Positions 1 through 12,642 of a stretch of 64,000 bases of DNA are shown one piece after another. Position 1 is the first letter of the stretch; each line of letters starts with the position of its first letter. The translations under genes were made by a program, and so were the position numbers. The DNA lies in the NCBI RefSeq assembly GCF_036588685.1, contig NC_086382.1:56482001-56546000 (forward strand). Reading direction: 5' to 3'. The stretch is from Mytilus trossulus (lineage: Eukaryota). The notes beneath the pieces were generated by a model that worked only from the letters and a program-made list of their open reading frames with translations, searched no databases and had not been told where the DNA came from.

Positions 1-300
1 GGAATGTGTCAAAGAGACAACAACCCGACCATAGAGCAGAAAACAGCCGAAGGCCACCAATGGGTCTTCAATGCAGCGAGAAACTATCGCACCGAGAGGA
101 GTCCTTCAGCTGGCCCTTAAACACAAGAAACTAAAATTTAAAATCTTACAAGAGGCCAGAGGCTCCTGACTTGGGACAGGCGCAAAGATGCGGCGGTGTT
201 AAACATTTTTTTTTAGAACTCAACCCTCCCCCTATACATCTAGCCAATGTAGAAAAAACAATCATACAACTATACGTACATTAAAGCTCAGTTCAAGTTT
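1..300. repeat. Unclassified dispersed repeat, truncated by the window start
   Basis: GC-richer block; contains cctgacttgggacagg (~165-180), the reverse complement of the CCTGT(A/C)CCAAGTCAGG motif in the family-A repeats elsewhere in the window; resembles an abundant mussel repeat from memory. Confidence 0.55.
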
Positions 301-1913
301 TAGTTTGTCTCTGTCATTGTTGTTTACGCGAAAAACAGTTTGTATTCCAATGTGTGTCATTTTTTTCAAATTTAATAATATTAATCAATGTGCTTATTCT
401 AGAATATAAAAACTCAAACATGATAAAAAGATCTTTGATCTTAATCTTCACAAGACCACTCTTGGGAGAGGTTTCTTACATTTTTTTTATATTCATTTCA
501 TATTTCTAATAAAATGTTCATACCATTCGTCTTTATATTATTAAATAATTCAATCAAAATTTCAATCGTTTTTAGGCCTTTTCAATCATGAGCATCAATA
601 CAGATATCCTTTTAAAAAGGAAAACAATCTCTTCAACGATATATTTCTTGTTAAAGATAATTTAAGATGTGCTACCATTCATTGTGAGAAGCATTGTTGT
701 TTTGGTTCTCTACAGCCTCAGGGGAATTGCATTAGATGAGAATAATGAAAAGAAATAAACAATTCTCTTGACAGAGGGAATGTCTCCGGTCTCTCATTTT
801 TTGTTCCTTTATTTGATCATTTCTAATAACGGGAAGACCAATCGATCAGTCGAACAAAACCCGGTGCTAAGAAATGGCGGTAAATAAAAGTAAAAGCAGA
901 CGTCTTGGCGTGGTTATGGCTAATTGTCCTATATGTTACATGTCTTTATTTGTAACTTATGATGAAACATGGCTTTCCCTTTTGTAATAATGGACAAAAT
1001 CGTAATTAATTGAAACTATGTTAAATTATTGGTCTATACTATATAGCTAAGAGGTTAATGAACAATACATTGCTCGCGTCTAGAAAGTTCACAGCAATAT
1101 TTGTTTGGAAATATGTGTCCTGTCCTTATTGCACGGACATGGAAAACTAAGTGTTAAAAAAAACCATCTTATCTATTTACTACTTAATTTTGCAGCAGAC
1201 AATTTTAAAACTAATTACAAAAAGTCGAAAATTAATGTCTTCTTGTCCTTCACATAAACAATTGAAAATTTAAAAAAAATATATTAAATTGATAAGTTTT
1301 CGATTGTAGAAACATTCTTTATTTTCTTGATTGTATACTTATTGTCTGGGAGGATAAAGCATTTCCTAGATGATTTTGAATATAGTAATGATTATTGAGG
1401 AGAAACACATTCAAGGTTTTGTAACAAGGTCATAAAACAATTTAGCGATGCAATGACTATCAGTATCACCATGTCTGATTGTTTTTTTGTTTGTTTGTTT
1501 GTGTTTTTTTGTGTTCTTTTTGTGTTCTTTTTTGGGGGGAGGGGTCGAATGGTTTGTATTTAAGCCTTTTGATATTTTTATTTATAAATGTTTGGAAGTT
1601 GAAGTCACATTTTGCGCCTGCCATTAACATTATTAAATAGCTTTTTAATACAAAACTTGGCTAGACAAATCTTTTCTTGTTCCGATTATAGTATTAAATA
1701 CAACTTTGGCGAATAAATACATTATATTATTTCATGCTTAAAATCCTGGAAAATGTGTTTTTTTTTTTGTTATAGTTTTAATGTTAAGGGTACTGCCACA
1801 GTTTTTATGTATGCAAATTTGAGGGATTGTGAGAGCTCTTCAACTTATATGATTATCACAAAGATAGAATAATCTTTATGTTATACTCTACCTTTCTTGA
1901 CGACGTTGCGTTG

Positions 1914-2285
1914 AGGGGGTAAATTCAGTAAATAAATATACGTCATCAGCTACCGCCCATTTGGGGGACAGCTTTCTGTACAAAAATGGTCATGTTCTCT
2001 TCTGATTGGTAGAAAATGTTTGTAATAAATATTGTTTGGTAGATGGATCAAAACAAGAGTTGAAAAAACTTTTACTACAGTTGAAAGTAATGGGGGTCAG
2101 TATACGAATTCAGTGCGAATCTACATTGTTTGTAAACAAGGCCATGGGAATGCCCAAAAAAGCCGCATGATCCTATGTTTTTATTGTTGCAAAAGATAGG
2201 GCTACAGTAAATCAGGTATAAATTTAATTCCACACATAGATAAGAATTAAAGTCAATGGATCATGCTTTACTAAATTTACCCCTG
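1914..2285. mobile_element. Old non-autonomous TIR element (MITE) candidate
   Basis: Inverted repeat ggggtaaattcagtaaa (1916-1932) / tttactaaatttacccc (2267-2283), 16/17 match; right terminus reads CAGGGG on the minus strand; no clear TSD. Confidence 0.5.
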
Positions 2286-2729
2286 AAAGAATTCGTATGT
2301 TTAAACAGCTACTTATATAGCTACAAAGGCATAGAAGTATACGTGCATCAGTTTCGTACGAATTTTCAAAGATGCGTTATTCGCTTTTGGTCTGACATCC
2401 AAGGTGACCGCCAAATATAGTTTATCCCAGATACTAATAAGGTTTACTTGTACACATTTTTAAATAAAAAAACTGCACTAAAAAGTAATGGTATAGAATG
2501 CATACATCTGACGTTGATGGAGGATTGATAAATGTGATTGACTGATTGTTTCTATACAACTAGTTTCAAATATGTCATGCATATTAAGAACAGGAACTTT
2601 TTAAAGTAAAACAAAATATATAAAAAGGAATGTTCTGTTAAAAAGGTCGGGTTGACCTTAATTATAATGGGATTTGCCATGTCATTTTAAAGTTGTTTTC
2701 ATTTTTTACAGCACTTTGTAGATTCCGTT

Positions 2730-3050
2730 GTTAGTGGACTCTCAGTCCCCCGATGGTATCAACAGCTAGCTAGTCAGAACTTCGTTACTGGTATTATTTA
2801 TAACAAATCTTTCTAAAATTTTGTGTTTATAAAGTTATAAATTATTAGAAATTAAGGTTTCAACTCCGTCAGACAAAGTGGACCTTAGATAAATATGTCT
2901 ATTTTTAGGTCCTTTTGTTCATATAGCTCTTCACTGTTAAGGTTAACATACATTCTTGGCTTTCAAATATTCAGCTTTCATTTGTTCTGATGGAGGTAAA
3001 GGCGATTCGGATACATGGAATTTATAACGTGTTATTCTAATTTTTTTTAA
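2730..3050 (+). mobile_element. Highly decayed relative of the retrozyme-like repeat
   Basis: gtcccccgatggtatcaacagctagctagtcagaacttcg matches gtccccgagggtatcaccagcccagtagtcagcacttcg of the 34065 unit; later segments (gaccttag, gctcttca, ctgatgga) are collinear; no intact hammerhead. Confidence 0.55.
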
Positions 3051-3423
3051 ACATGCATGGACACTACTTCGGATACTGCTGTCATATTTTAAAAACTAAG
3101 ATTATTATAAGACAATTTTCTTGGAACATCAATACAAGGACATATAATTATTGTCAACAGAGTAGCAGAATCATAAAATTATATGTCTTCTGACATTGAA
3201 GGTCTATGATACCTGCACATTTTAAGCATTCATTGCAAGTTTCTTGCAAGGTTTTTTTTATTGATATTAAATGTAAAATGTACATGTATGTTTATTTCTA
3301 AAATTTTGATATCGGCTCGAAAGTTTTAATTAAAGTCCGAAACCTTCTTTCCTTTACGGGTAGACTTTATATACATAAATTAAGTGGTACAAGAAAAGCA
3401 AAATGAGTATGGTAAATTTGATG

Positions 3424-3787
3424 TATGCCTTTTTGTGATTCTTCGTTACATTTGTTGTTTTTATAATGATATTAAGATGATAACACAATATTGACTGCTG
3501 TACCCCTATTTTGACATTTTTACTCTTTGAGTATGTTTGTTTTGTTCATACATCGTTGATAATGTAATGGAATTTGATGCGACTGTCATACAAGTGAGAG
3601 GTTTAGCTAGCTATAAACCAGGTTCGATCCACCATTTCTACATTAGAAAATGCCTGTACCAAGTCAGGAATATGACAGTTGTTATCCATTCGTTTGATGT
3701 GTTTGGACTTTTGATTTTGCCTTTTGATTTTTGATTTTCCTTTTTGAATTTTCCTCGGAGTTCAGTATTTTTGTGTTTTTACTTATT
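3424..3787 (+). repeat. Dispersed repeat family A (longest copy)
   Basis: Shares ggaatttgatgcgactgtcatacaagtgagaggtttagc...cctgtaccaagtcaggaatatgacagttg...ttcctcggagttcagtatttttgtg with copies at ~12347, 21855, 26440, 27783, 29145, 30040, 36243, 52330, 54935 and 57640. Strand is by convention only. Confidence 0.85.
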
Positions 3788-4791
3788 ATGTCATCTGAAA
3801 CAATAATGTTAGTTTAATGGTCTAGAATATTTTGTCTTGAGTATACTAGTACTCTGTATTTTGTTCCATTTCAAATTTTTATTTTAAAATTCTCCTTTTA
3901 TGAGAAAGCAATGAAAGACAACTATAAAAGCATGATATTGTTATGCATAGATGATACCCTATTTTTTTTTATTATTCGGTATTTTTATTTTGAATCGTGA
4001 TGATGTTAGTACTAATCTGATACCCCAAGAGAAGCTTTTCCTTTCGTAGAATTTTATATCAAATATTCATCGTCAAATGTTTAAAATTTCATATATATTA
4101 ATTTTGTCCAAATTGTCATTTAACTTCTTTATTAGATTGTCCCACGAGCTTCGACTTTTATAGCATCACGACATCTTTCAATAAAAAACTCGTGTATAAA
4201 AAAAATTACACTAAAATTATGAATAATAGAAAAATCATCAAACCTGCGAAGTTTATAATATACAGCATAATTAATTGAGCTTATAATTGTATTTTCAGTA
4301 AACATATATTTTATGTATGACCTTCGAGAATTAGTATGCTATCTTAATAATGGCTAATGTGACGGTTGTAACTTAAGTGCCATCAAAATCTATAGTAAGC
4401 ACAGTCACAAGGGGAAATTCTAAACTGTTAATTTGTCATAATGTTTCATATAATTTTTTGAATATTAGAGTATCCTTAATTTCCATATTGATCTATTAAA
4501 TATTTATTCTATATAACATGACTTGCAAGTTAGCTGCTTTATCATTATTCCAAATAATATGAAGATGAGGTAGTTTTTTTTCAATGTTGTCTGAACCTCG
4601 GTATATAATATTTATTTATTTATGCTTATTAACATATATGGGTAAAGCCAGGCTCACATTCTTCACTTTCATGTGTTTTGTTGTGTTGTTGCTTGTCATT
4701 GGTCTTTTTCTCCGCGACCATGGTGTGGTTTGTTTTCCTACGTTTTTTGATTGCTACCTTCAACTTTTTTATCCCTGTTTTTACTGTAATT

Positions 4792-5147
4792 ATGAGAGCC
4801 GTGGTGTAGTGGTTAGTGCATCGGACTACTAACACAAAGGTTCCTGGTTCGATTCCCGTTTGGGATGAAAATTTCAGGAACTCAATTTTCGGCTCTCCCT
4901 TGACACCATTTGCGATTATGGTCTTGAGGAAACGATGATAGTCCGTCGGACGGGGACGATAAATGGCTGACCCGTGTTAAGAGAGAGCCACATCTCTTGC
5001 ACGTTAAAGACACCCTTGTAGATTTCGAAAAAGAGTAGGCTAATATGCCGCTACAAGGCAGCACTCGCACCCGCAAAGTGGAGAGGGATTAATATAAGTT
5101 GCAAAACTTGTTTCCCAATCCACTATAAATAAATATGTTTAAACTAA
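4792..5147 (+). mobile_element. Full-length tRNA-derived SINE, probably with a Nin/Deu-type central domain
   Basis: Pol III A box tggtgtagtgg (~4802-4812) and B box ggttcgattcc (~4846-4856); central gtccgtcggacggggacgataaa...gcacgttaaagacaccc resembles the Nin/Deu domain (recalled); short taaac tail; exact 9-bp direct repeat actgtaatt at 4783-4791 and 5148-5156. Confidence 0.88.
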
Positions 5148-6270
5148 ACTGTAATTTAAAAATCACATACCAATATTTTTTCCCCTTTTTTCTAAATATA
5201 ATGCAGTATTTTATTAGATTTTATTACATGCGGTTACTTGTCATTGGTCCTTTTCTTTGCCGCCATGGAAGCCAAAATCCTTTTTCTTCTGCTTGCCCAT
5301 TATATAGCAAATCCCAAATCTTACCATACTAGAATATCACATTATAAATTTGAAATACTCACACACGAATTATGAATGTCTAAAATCTGCGTTGAGCTTT
5401 TTCCCTTACTATGGTTAACTGAATTATCATATTAAGTTTAATTGAAAGAGTTGCTGCGCTCTGAAAAAAGTTACACAAGGCCTAGCATATATCAGAATCG
5501 TAAAAATAAACAGTGGTATAGAACAAAAATTCAGTTGTCTCACCTTGATTCATTTTCGTCAAACCACTGATCACCACTGAACAATAATACATTAGTAAAT
5601 AAATGAATATTTGTTAAGTTCGTTTTACAATAATAAAAAAAAAGATCTGTTCAACTTGGCCTCAGTTTCGTTCGCGAATTGTCAACTGGAGTTGTATGAC
5701 TAATTGAGGTATAACTGCTTTTCTCTCTGGTGTTTGTGATGTTAAATATTTATGTGTGTTATATTTACGTGTTTAGATTTTTTTGTGTCTTTTTGTTGTT
5801 GGGTTGTTCTCGCATATACATTTACACCGCATCTCGTTTTATTCATGATATGGCGATTATAATTTTTGTCTTACTTTTTATATACATGAATTTACTTACT
5901 TTACAGTTTATCTGATTTCCATTTTGTAAATTCAATACCAATAAAAACTGCTAATTGATTATGTTACTCACACGTGACTCTTTTTAAAAATGTATGCTGG
6001 TGATTCAGGTGAGTTTTCGCGGACTTTGTAAAAAATGTTCATGAATCACGTGAAACGATGAAAACAAGGAAATGTAAAAATTATGAATGTGTGATGAATG
6101 AATAACTCATTGGCAATCATACCGCATCTTTTTATTTTTTTTTTCATCAAAAGACGAGGAAACTTTCAATGCTATCTTTAAACGATCGTTTCCTGGGTTT
6201 CGGATATTTCTTTCATTATATTTTTGAATAGTTGTCAGATGTTCAAATCATGTTTGGTGGTCAAAGACTT

Positions 6271-6427
6271 CAGAGGCGGATTTAGGGGGGGCACAGGGGG
6301 CCCGGGCCCCCCTTTTTGGAAAAAAATTGGTTGCTTATATAGGGAATCACTGAAGCGTGACTGGAGCGGACCCCTCTTAGGTCAGTCAGTGGGCCCCCAT
6401 TTATGAAAATTCCTGGATCCGCCACTG
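6271..6427. mobile_element. MITE with CAG termini (hAT-like), nested in a decayed family-A copy
   Basis: TIRs cagaggcggatttagg / cctggatccgccactg; GC-rich interior; the right flank continues aagttaggaatatgac (family A); 8-bp flanks match only partly (aaagactt/aaagttag). Confidence 0.8.
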
Positions 6428-8140
6428 AAAGTTAGGAATATGACGTTGGTTTCAATTCGTTTCGTTGGTTGGCGGATTCCCCCTCTTTTGAACATACCTC
6501 GGAGCTCGGTATTTTGTTATACTTCTTTCTCTGAATGAGGCTGTACAATCTAAATTAACTATAATCGAGTTTACATACTGAAGTTTACATGTTTGATTTT
6601 GAATCTAAAAGTGTTTCAGTGATGCAAACAGTAACTAGTTTATTGAGTTTAATTTCAAATGGATGATTAGAATATAATCTACAAGTCTCTATGTCATGTT
6701 TAGTGTATAGATATTTGTCATTACGTTTTCTTTCTGGACGTACTTAACAGATTTGCTGCCGATTTAGACATTTCTTCGTTTCTGTTTCTTTATATTTACT
6801 AGTTTTTCTCTGCCTTTTTTTTAAATGATATCAAGCAAAGAGAACGCCCATTGTTTCATATGTAATTACTTTTTTAAAAATCACTGAAAACGTACAGCGT
6901 AAATAATAAAATGTCTAATTTAAACTTTATTTATTTGAGTGTTGAAATAATAACTTTATTTCAATTATAATCCAATACGACAGTTGGTTTCCAGAATAAC
7001 AGATTCCCGAAGGATTTGTTTATTTATGGCTTCTTTTAATTTCTTTTAATTTTAATTAGAATTTATTGTTTTGATGCCTTCATTTTGCATAACATTGTAC
7101 ATACGGCATTTGACTTCTCCCATGACTGCAATAAAGGGCGATCAGTGATAGGAAATCTAATTATATCTGTCGATTCTACAGACTACAAACTATTTATGAC
7201 ATAGCCTATGATGGGAAAGAGCAAAACGTGATCCATTGCTTATAAATCTCGTTGTAGCATCGTGCAGTGTGTGATTAGAACGGTTAGTACTCCCATCAGG
7301 TTTAAGGCATTATAAAGCGTCAGATTTTAGATTGTTATTCATCAATAAAGCTATTGAAAAAGCATGAAACTTTATCATGTTGGGGATGTAATCCCCTCCG
7401 TTAGCGATTGTGATATGAAGAAAAAGTACACGAGAAAGATTAAATAGAATGAAGACTAAGCGAAGGATTCTTTTGTCGTACAACCAAATTAAACATTTAA
7501 GGAAATCACATTTCGAGCTCCATTTTGTAAGGAAGACTGATTTATTATTTCCAATATTGATGCTATCTTAGACTCAGTAAATCCAAAATTAAATGCCAAG
7601 TGTCCTTCCGATTTTATGAAACATACATTGTGTAAGCTCTTTTGCTAAAATAAGTTGATTTTTGTTACACTAAATAGATTAGATGTTGTACTCTTTCGGT
7701 AAATAAAATTAAACATTGAAATTAATTTAAAAAACAAGGAAGAACGAGAAATTGTTTAGTTGTTACATGACCTCAGATATCTTTTGAATTTATTTTTTAT
7801 TCTGGAATCTTAAACTGCTGATTTTAACTCGATCCGATGATGCAGTTGATGCGATTTGTTTCACATAAAACTTTGGCAGTATTTGCTTTGTCAAGAAAAG
7901 TTGAATCATTGTCATTTGGAAATACAAGACATTGTTCATTCTGCAAGTGTCTGTTAGAGGTTAGTATGATGGCGAACCTTCGGTTAAAAAAGACAAACAA
8001 GTACACAAAAGATTAAGAATCAAATTACCAAAATAACCATAACCATCAATATAAGACAAAAACAATCGAATTAAATTTCAGACACATTCAAGGAAAAAGT
8101 GGTGAAAAAATGTGTAGATTTTCCAAAATAAAACTCTTAA

Positions 8141-8412
8141 GGTGGTACCTAACACCTAAGTTAAAATTAATTTGGCTCGTTTAATTTTCTTAAAATTTTG
8201 ACAAAGTATTTACTTTGAACTTTTGACAAAGATATAAAAATTTCAAAAAAATTGAACCAACCGTTTAATCAGAAAAGTTACACTGGTTATATAGCAGTTT
8301 GACAAAAACTTATTTTGATCATTGAGAAGCTTAATATTCCCTTAACAGCACGACGTCATTAAAACGTTCTGCTGATTTTTCAGAGTTATCTCCCTGTAGT
8401 TTAGGTACCACC
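8141..8412. mobile_element. MITE flanked by TTAA (Kolobok-like)
   Basis: TTAA-ggtggtacctaa...ttaggtaccacc-TTAA: perfect 12-bp TIR, TTAA at 8137-8140 and 8413-8416; purine-purine terminus fits Kolobok better than piggyBac. Confidence 0.8.
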
Positions 8413-9949
8413 TTAAATGTTTGGCATGTTATTGGTTGTAGTTCAACGGCACAAAAACCCAAAATTCATAGAAATAAACACACAGTTTATCATTCATGCC
8501 TATTAAACATTTTCTATCAACTACAAGTCGAATGTTCACACTTACACACACGTTATGACATCACATAGTGTATTTTAAACGTCATTGATTATTTTTTTAA
8601 ATGAACTATTACAATTATATTTTTTTCAGGTACAGATTCATAAGCTTCAGTGGTAAACAACTGAATTGTGACAAGTTCCAAATTTAGCTATAACAAATCA
8701 AGTGCAGCATCATTCCCTAAACCAGTATCACCCGAATATTATAGTGAACGAAACATACTTAGTAGTTATGATCAGTATGGTTACCAATATTAACAAATCG
8801 TTAGTGTTTTTTTTATCGCAATATGACTTACTGAACTCTTATTCCCGATTTTCCATTCATTCAACATCTTCAAGAGACATCATAAAGCAGATATATCATA
8901 TGAATAAATGTTCCTTTACCATAATATTCACATCTCAGTCGTCCATAGTGTAGATATGAACATAGTAAAAGGTATACATTTTTTTAAACCAACAGTCAAC
9001 AAAAACAAAATTATTATTATTTTTTTTATTTATATTTCTGACATGGAATACAAAGGTGGTAATTATCTTCATGTTTTAGCAATCGGTGTTTTTGTAGATG
9101 TCTGTGATTTTTACTGACACTTTCGTCAAAAGATCATCTGCAAAAGCTTGTCTAACAGATTATCAGACTTTATAACATTTGATACAGTATTTAGTCACTT
9201 ATGTCTGAAATAAGTAATCTTTTTACGATGTCCACATTTCCCCATCTGTAATATCTATGTTTAGATTTCCATTCTTCGTGTGGGTCTAGTGAACACTAAT
9301 ATGGTGGTGCCAGTTGTTTTAGACTGTTGTTGAAATCTTCTGTTTAAGGTTCTCCTTCATACAGTCTATAAAAGAAGGAAAACAACAACTGTACAAGAAA
9401 ACATTTCATTGATACTACACTAATATGAGTAATTTATAATGGTAAACATTGGTGTTTGTTGATTGTCGACAACATAGTCCGAAAAGCACAAAACAGGTCT
9501 TAAAGTAATCGCTATGGTGTAAAGATACAACATGTAAGGACGACCATATGAATTTCTGCGTCTGGCGAATGGGACACAGAATAATTTGTACGTACAAACA
9601 AATATTTCTTATCAATGCACAACTCTCTATGGGGCGGCATTAATATTTTTTAGTGAGAATCATTTGCAGCTTTTTTTGGATCAGCATATATCTTCCAAAA
9701 GCTGGCTTTGAAGAAAAAATGTATTAGATTGTTGTAGTTGCTTTGTAGAGTTTTCTTCAAATTACCATTTTCTTATTTAAATGATCGTCCCCTAATGGTC
9801 ATTTCGATATACACTGTGATATAATTCACTATATGAGAATGCATTATTGTGTTATGGCGATAACCATTATTTCCACCAACTTGCAGTTATTTCTGTGGAA
9901 AAAATATGTTTAGAAGGTGAATTGACGTTTTTATATTCATAGTATGGTG

Positions 9950-10060
9950 TAGCTGCGGTATCGTAGCTCTTTAGGTCCTTTTGAAATTTTTTGACTATTT
10001 GCGGACCGCAAATAGTCAAAAAATTTCAAAAGGACCTAAAGAGCTACGATACCGCAGCTA
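9950..10060. mobile_element. Perfect foldback element (55-bp arms, 1-nt centre) with 9-bp TSD and TAG...CTA ends
   Basis: 9950-10004 is the exact reverse complement of 10006-10060; direct repeat agtatggtg at 9941-9949 and 10061-10069. Confidence 0.9.
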
Positions 10061-12346
10061 AGTATGGTGTAGACTATGGAATACTTCTTGAACCAAAAGC
10101 ACTCTGTGAAACGCATCATTTGTATATGCAAAAGATAAAATAAGATATTAACTTCCATGACAATTCACTGCCGAAGAAGTGGCAAAATATATACATATTC
10201 TTCATTCTTGTCATTATAGAAGATAAACAACGTAAAAAGACAATTAAACAGGGAATGCATTATAATATTAAATCAATACGCTTGTTGGACAATGTTGGAG
10301 GTCTTACTTTTTGTTTTTTACATTGTAGATAAAACTTTTATAATCACAAATGGTCTTGATATAAACATTGTTTTTTCACTGACTCTAAAGAGAATAACAG
10401 AAACAGACTAATCCAATATAAGACTTTATATTCAGATGGATAAAACTAAACAGACCAACAAGAACCGTCAGTACGGAAATCAATAACTAAATCTGGACGT
10501 CATCTGAGAAGGATTATAGAGAACTGACAGATAGGGACACACAGTAATTGGTTATTTCCAAATCTGTCTTTATCAATCCACAAACCAATTGCCATGTCAT
10601 GCCTTATATTTATCAAAACGCTACATTGAAGCCGTCACAGAAAACGTGAGGATAGACCATCACAAACTTACAGTTTGATACTAAATTGACAATGATATTC
10701 ACGTATTCAGAAATATACATTAGAATAAAAATCTCACAGAAATATTGCAAGAATAAAATAGGAGACATAAGGCAGACATATCATCCCTGACATCAATATT
10801 TTCCTAAGTTAAGTAGATGCAAATATTAAAAAACGTAGCACAACCAAACCCGTCTTTCAATACATATACGAAAACAGAACTCGACATTGGTTAAATACTT
10901 TAAGCTTGCTTTCAAGACTTGTCGTCGTTTTACGTATTGTTTATAATTGCCATACTTGTACTTTATTATGATCTTGTCATTTATTCATTCGATATTACGG
11001 CGTTAGTCGACTTTTCTGTATGAACTTTTAAGCGCCTTTTAATTTTGTATTTGTATCTGTGGGGTGTTAATTGTTTCATTGGCGTTTTCTATACATTTAC
11101 TTCTACCATGTTCGGTTCCTACCCACACAACTGAACATGTTTTCATTTGACTATACATAGGATACATGTTAACAAGAATGTATAAAAGAGATGAACGTTG
11201 AAGACAGAAAATGAGACATTATTATACTTGTAGCAAGAACGATAATCCTTTTTGCATGATTAAGTACGAGTGGTCTGTATGGAATTACTGCGATATTTGT
11301 TTTCAATAACGAGCTAAAAATTCAGAACTAATTACATGTCGAGTTCTAATGCCGATCCCCGATCCCTAAATCAAACCAATTTTAATAAAAGATAATAATC
11401 TAAAGGGTTTTATTTTCTTAAGAACATATTATGAATTTTACAATCACTCTCTTGCGTCTTCTGATGCGCAAGTAATCCTATATAAGCATGACCATAAACC
11501 CTTACTCAAAGTTTCGTATTTGTTCTGTTTACTATTTACCACACACATATTGCATGTTGTAGACTTCAAGCATGTTAGAAACATATCTGATTCCACGTGT
11601 TGTTAGAGATTCAATTTGATGCGCATCTGATATTTTGTTTGCCATCTTTTGTGGTAAAAATAATCAGCCAGAAGAAATAAATATTTTGGATTTGAAGAAG
11701 GCAAATAAATATCTTCACCTAATCAGATTTCTTTCTGTAATACAAAAAAAAGGCGCAGATGTTAGAAAAAAATTGATCAAAATTTTTATAAAAATTATCC
11801 ATTTCATTTTGTGAAACTGACTAGAAAGTATTTTTGTTTATTACATTGCAAGCAAGCAAGCAATACAAATCCGTGTTCATAATTATTACAAATTTCATTT
11901 TTACACACGAAATGGTACGAAACCAGTCAGATATTTAGCTTTTTTACAACATAAACTATATTATCAAATTAAATATTGTGTATGCACGTGATAAATTGAA
12001 TAACTTATCTGGTTAACCGCTACAAATAGTTTAAATAAAACGGAAAAAGGTTTAACATAATAAAAAATAATCAAAGACGAAATTGGTTATAAAATATCCT
12101 GAAAATAAATGGAATAAAACATCCTACCGATTGCCACCCAAATGAGGATTTTTTTTTAACTAAAACACATCTGGAGGCAATATACGATTATTAAATATTT
12201 GAAACATATATTTACAATTTTTCAAGCTCTTAATTATCTCATGTTTGAAAGAGATGTGCAAACTAAATATTACTATAACTAGAATGTTGCTTTTTATTTT
12301 CTAAATAGCAAGTAACTAATATTACATGCATAAAACACATCAATCT

Positions 12347-12642
12347 AAAAAGTAAAATCACAAAAATACTGAACTCAGAGGAAAATCAATTTGGAAAGTC
12401 CATAATCACATGGCAAAATCAAAAAACAAAACGCATCAAAAACGAATGGACAAGAACTGTCATATTCCTGACTTGGTACAGGCATTTTCAAATGTAGAAA
12501 ATGGTGGATTAAACCTGGTTCTATAGCGCTAACCCTCTCACTTTAATAACAGTCTCATCAAATTCCGCTACATTTACATGATGCGTTAAATAGACAGTCA
12601 CAATTAATAAAATAGTCAAAATATGGGTACATCAGTCATCAT
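12347..12642 (-). repeat. Dispersed repeat family A
   Basis: Reverse-complement match to 3480-3787 (aaaagtaaaatcacaaaaatactgaactc...cctgacttggtacaggcattttc...aacctggtt). Confidence 0.85.

Noticed and set aside
4796-4868. tRNA gene
   Set aside because: A and B boxes are present but the acceptor stem is poor, and the sequence continues into a SINE body with a tail and TSD.
4688-5270. ~35-bp imperfect direct repeat (cttgtcattggtc..tttct....ccatgg) either side of the SINE as paralogous exons
   Set aside because: Too short, no consistent splice signals; more likely decayed copies of a small repeat.
10080-10530. Possible Gypsy integrase C-terminal remnant (LLEPK.., WRSYF, ITKSGRHLRR)
   Set aside because: Motifs are short and scattered; cannot be distinguished from chance without a profile search.
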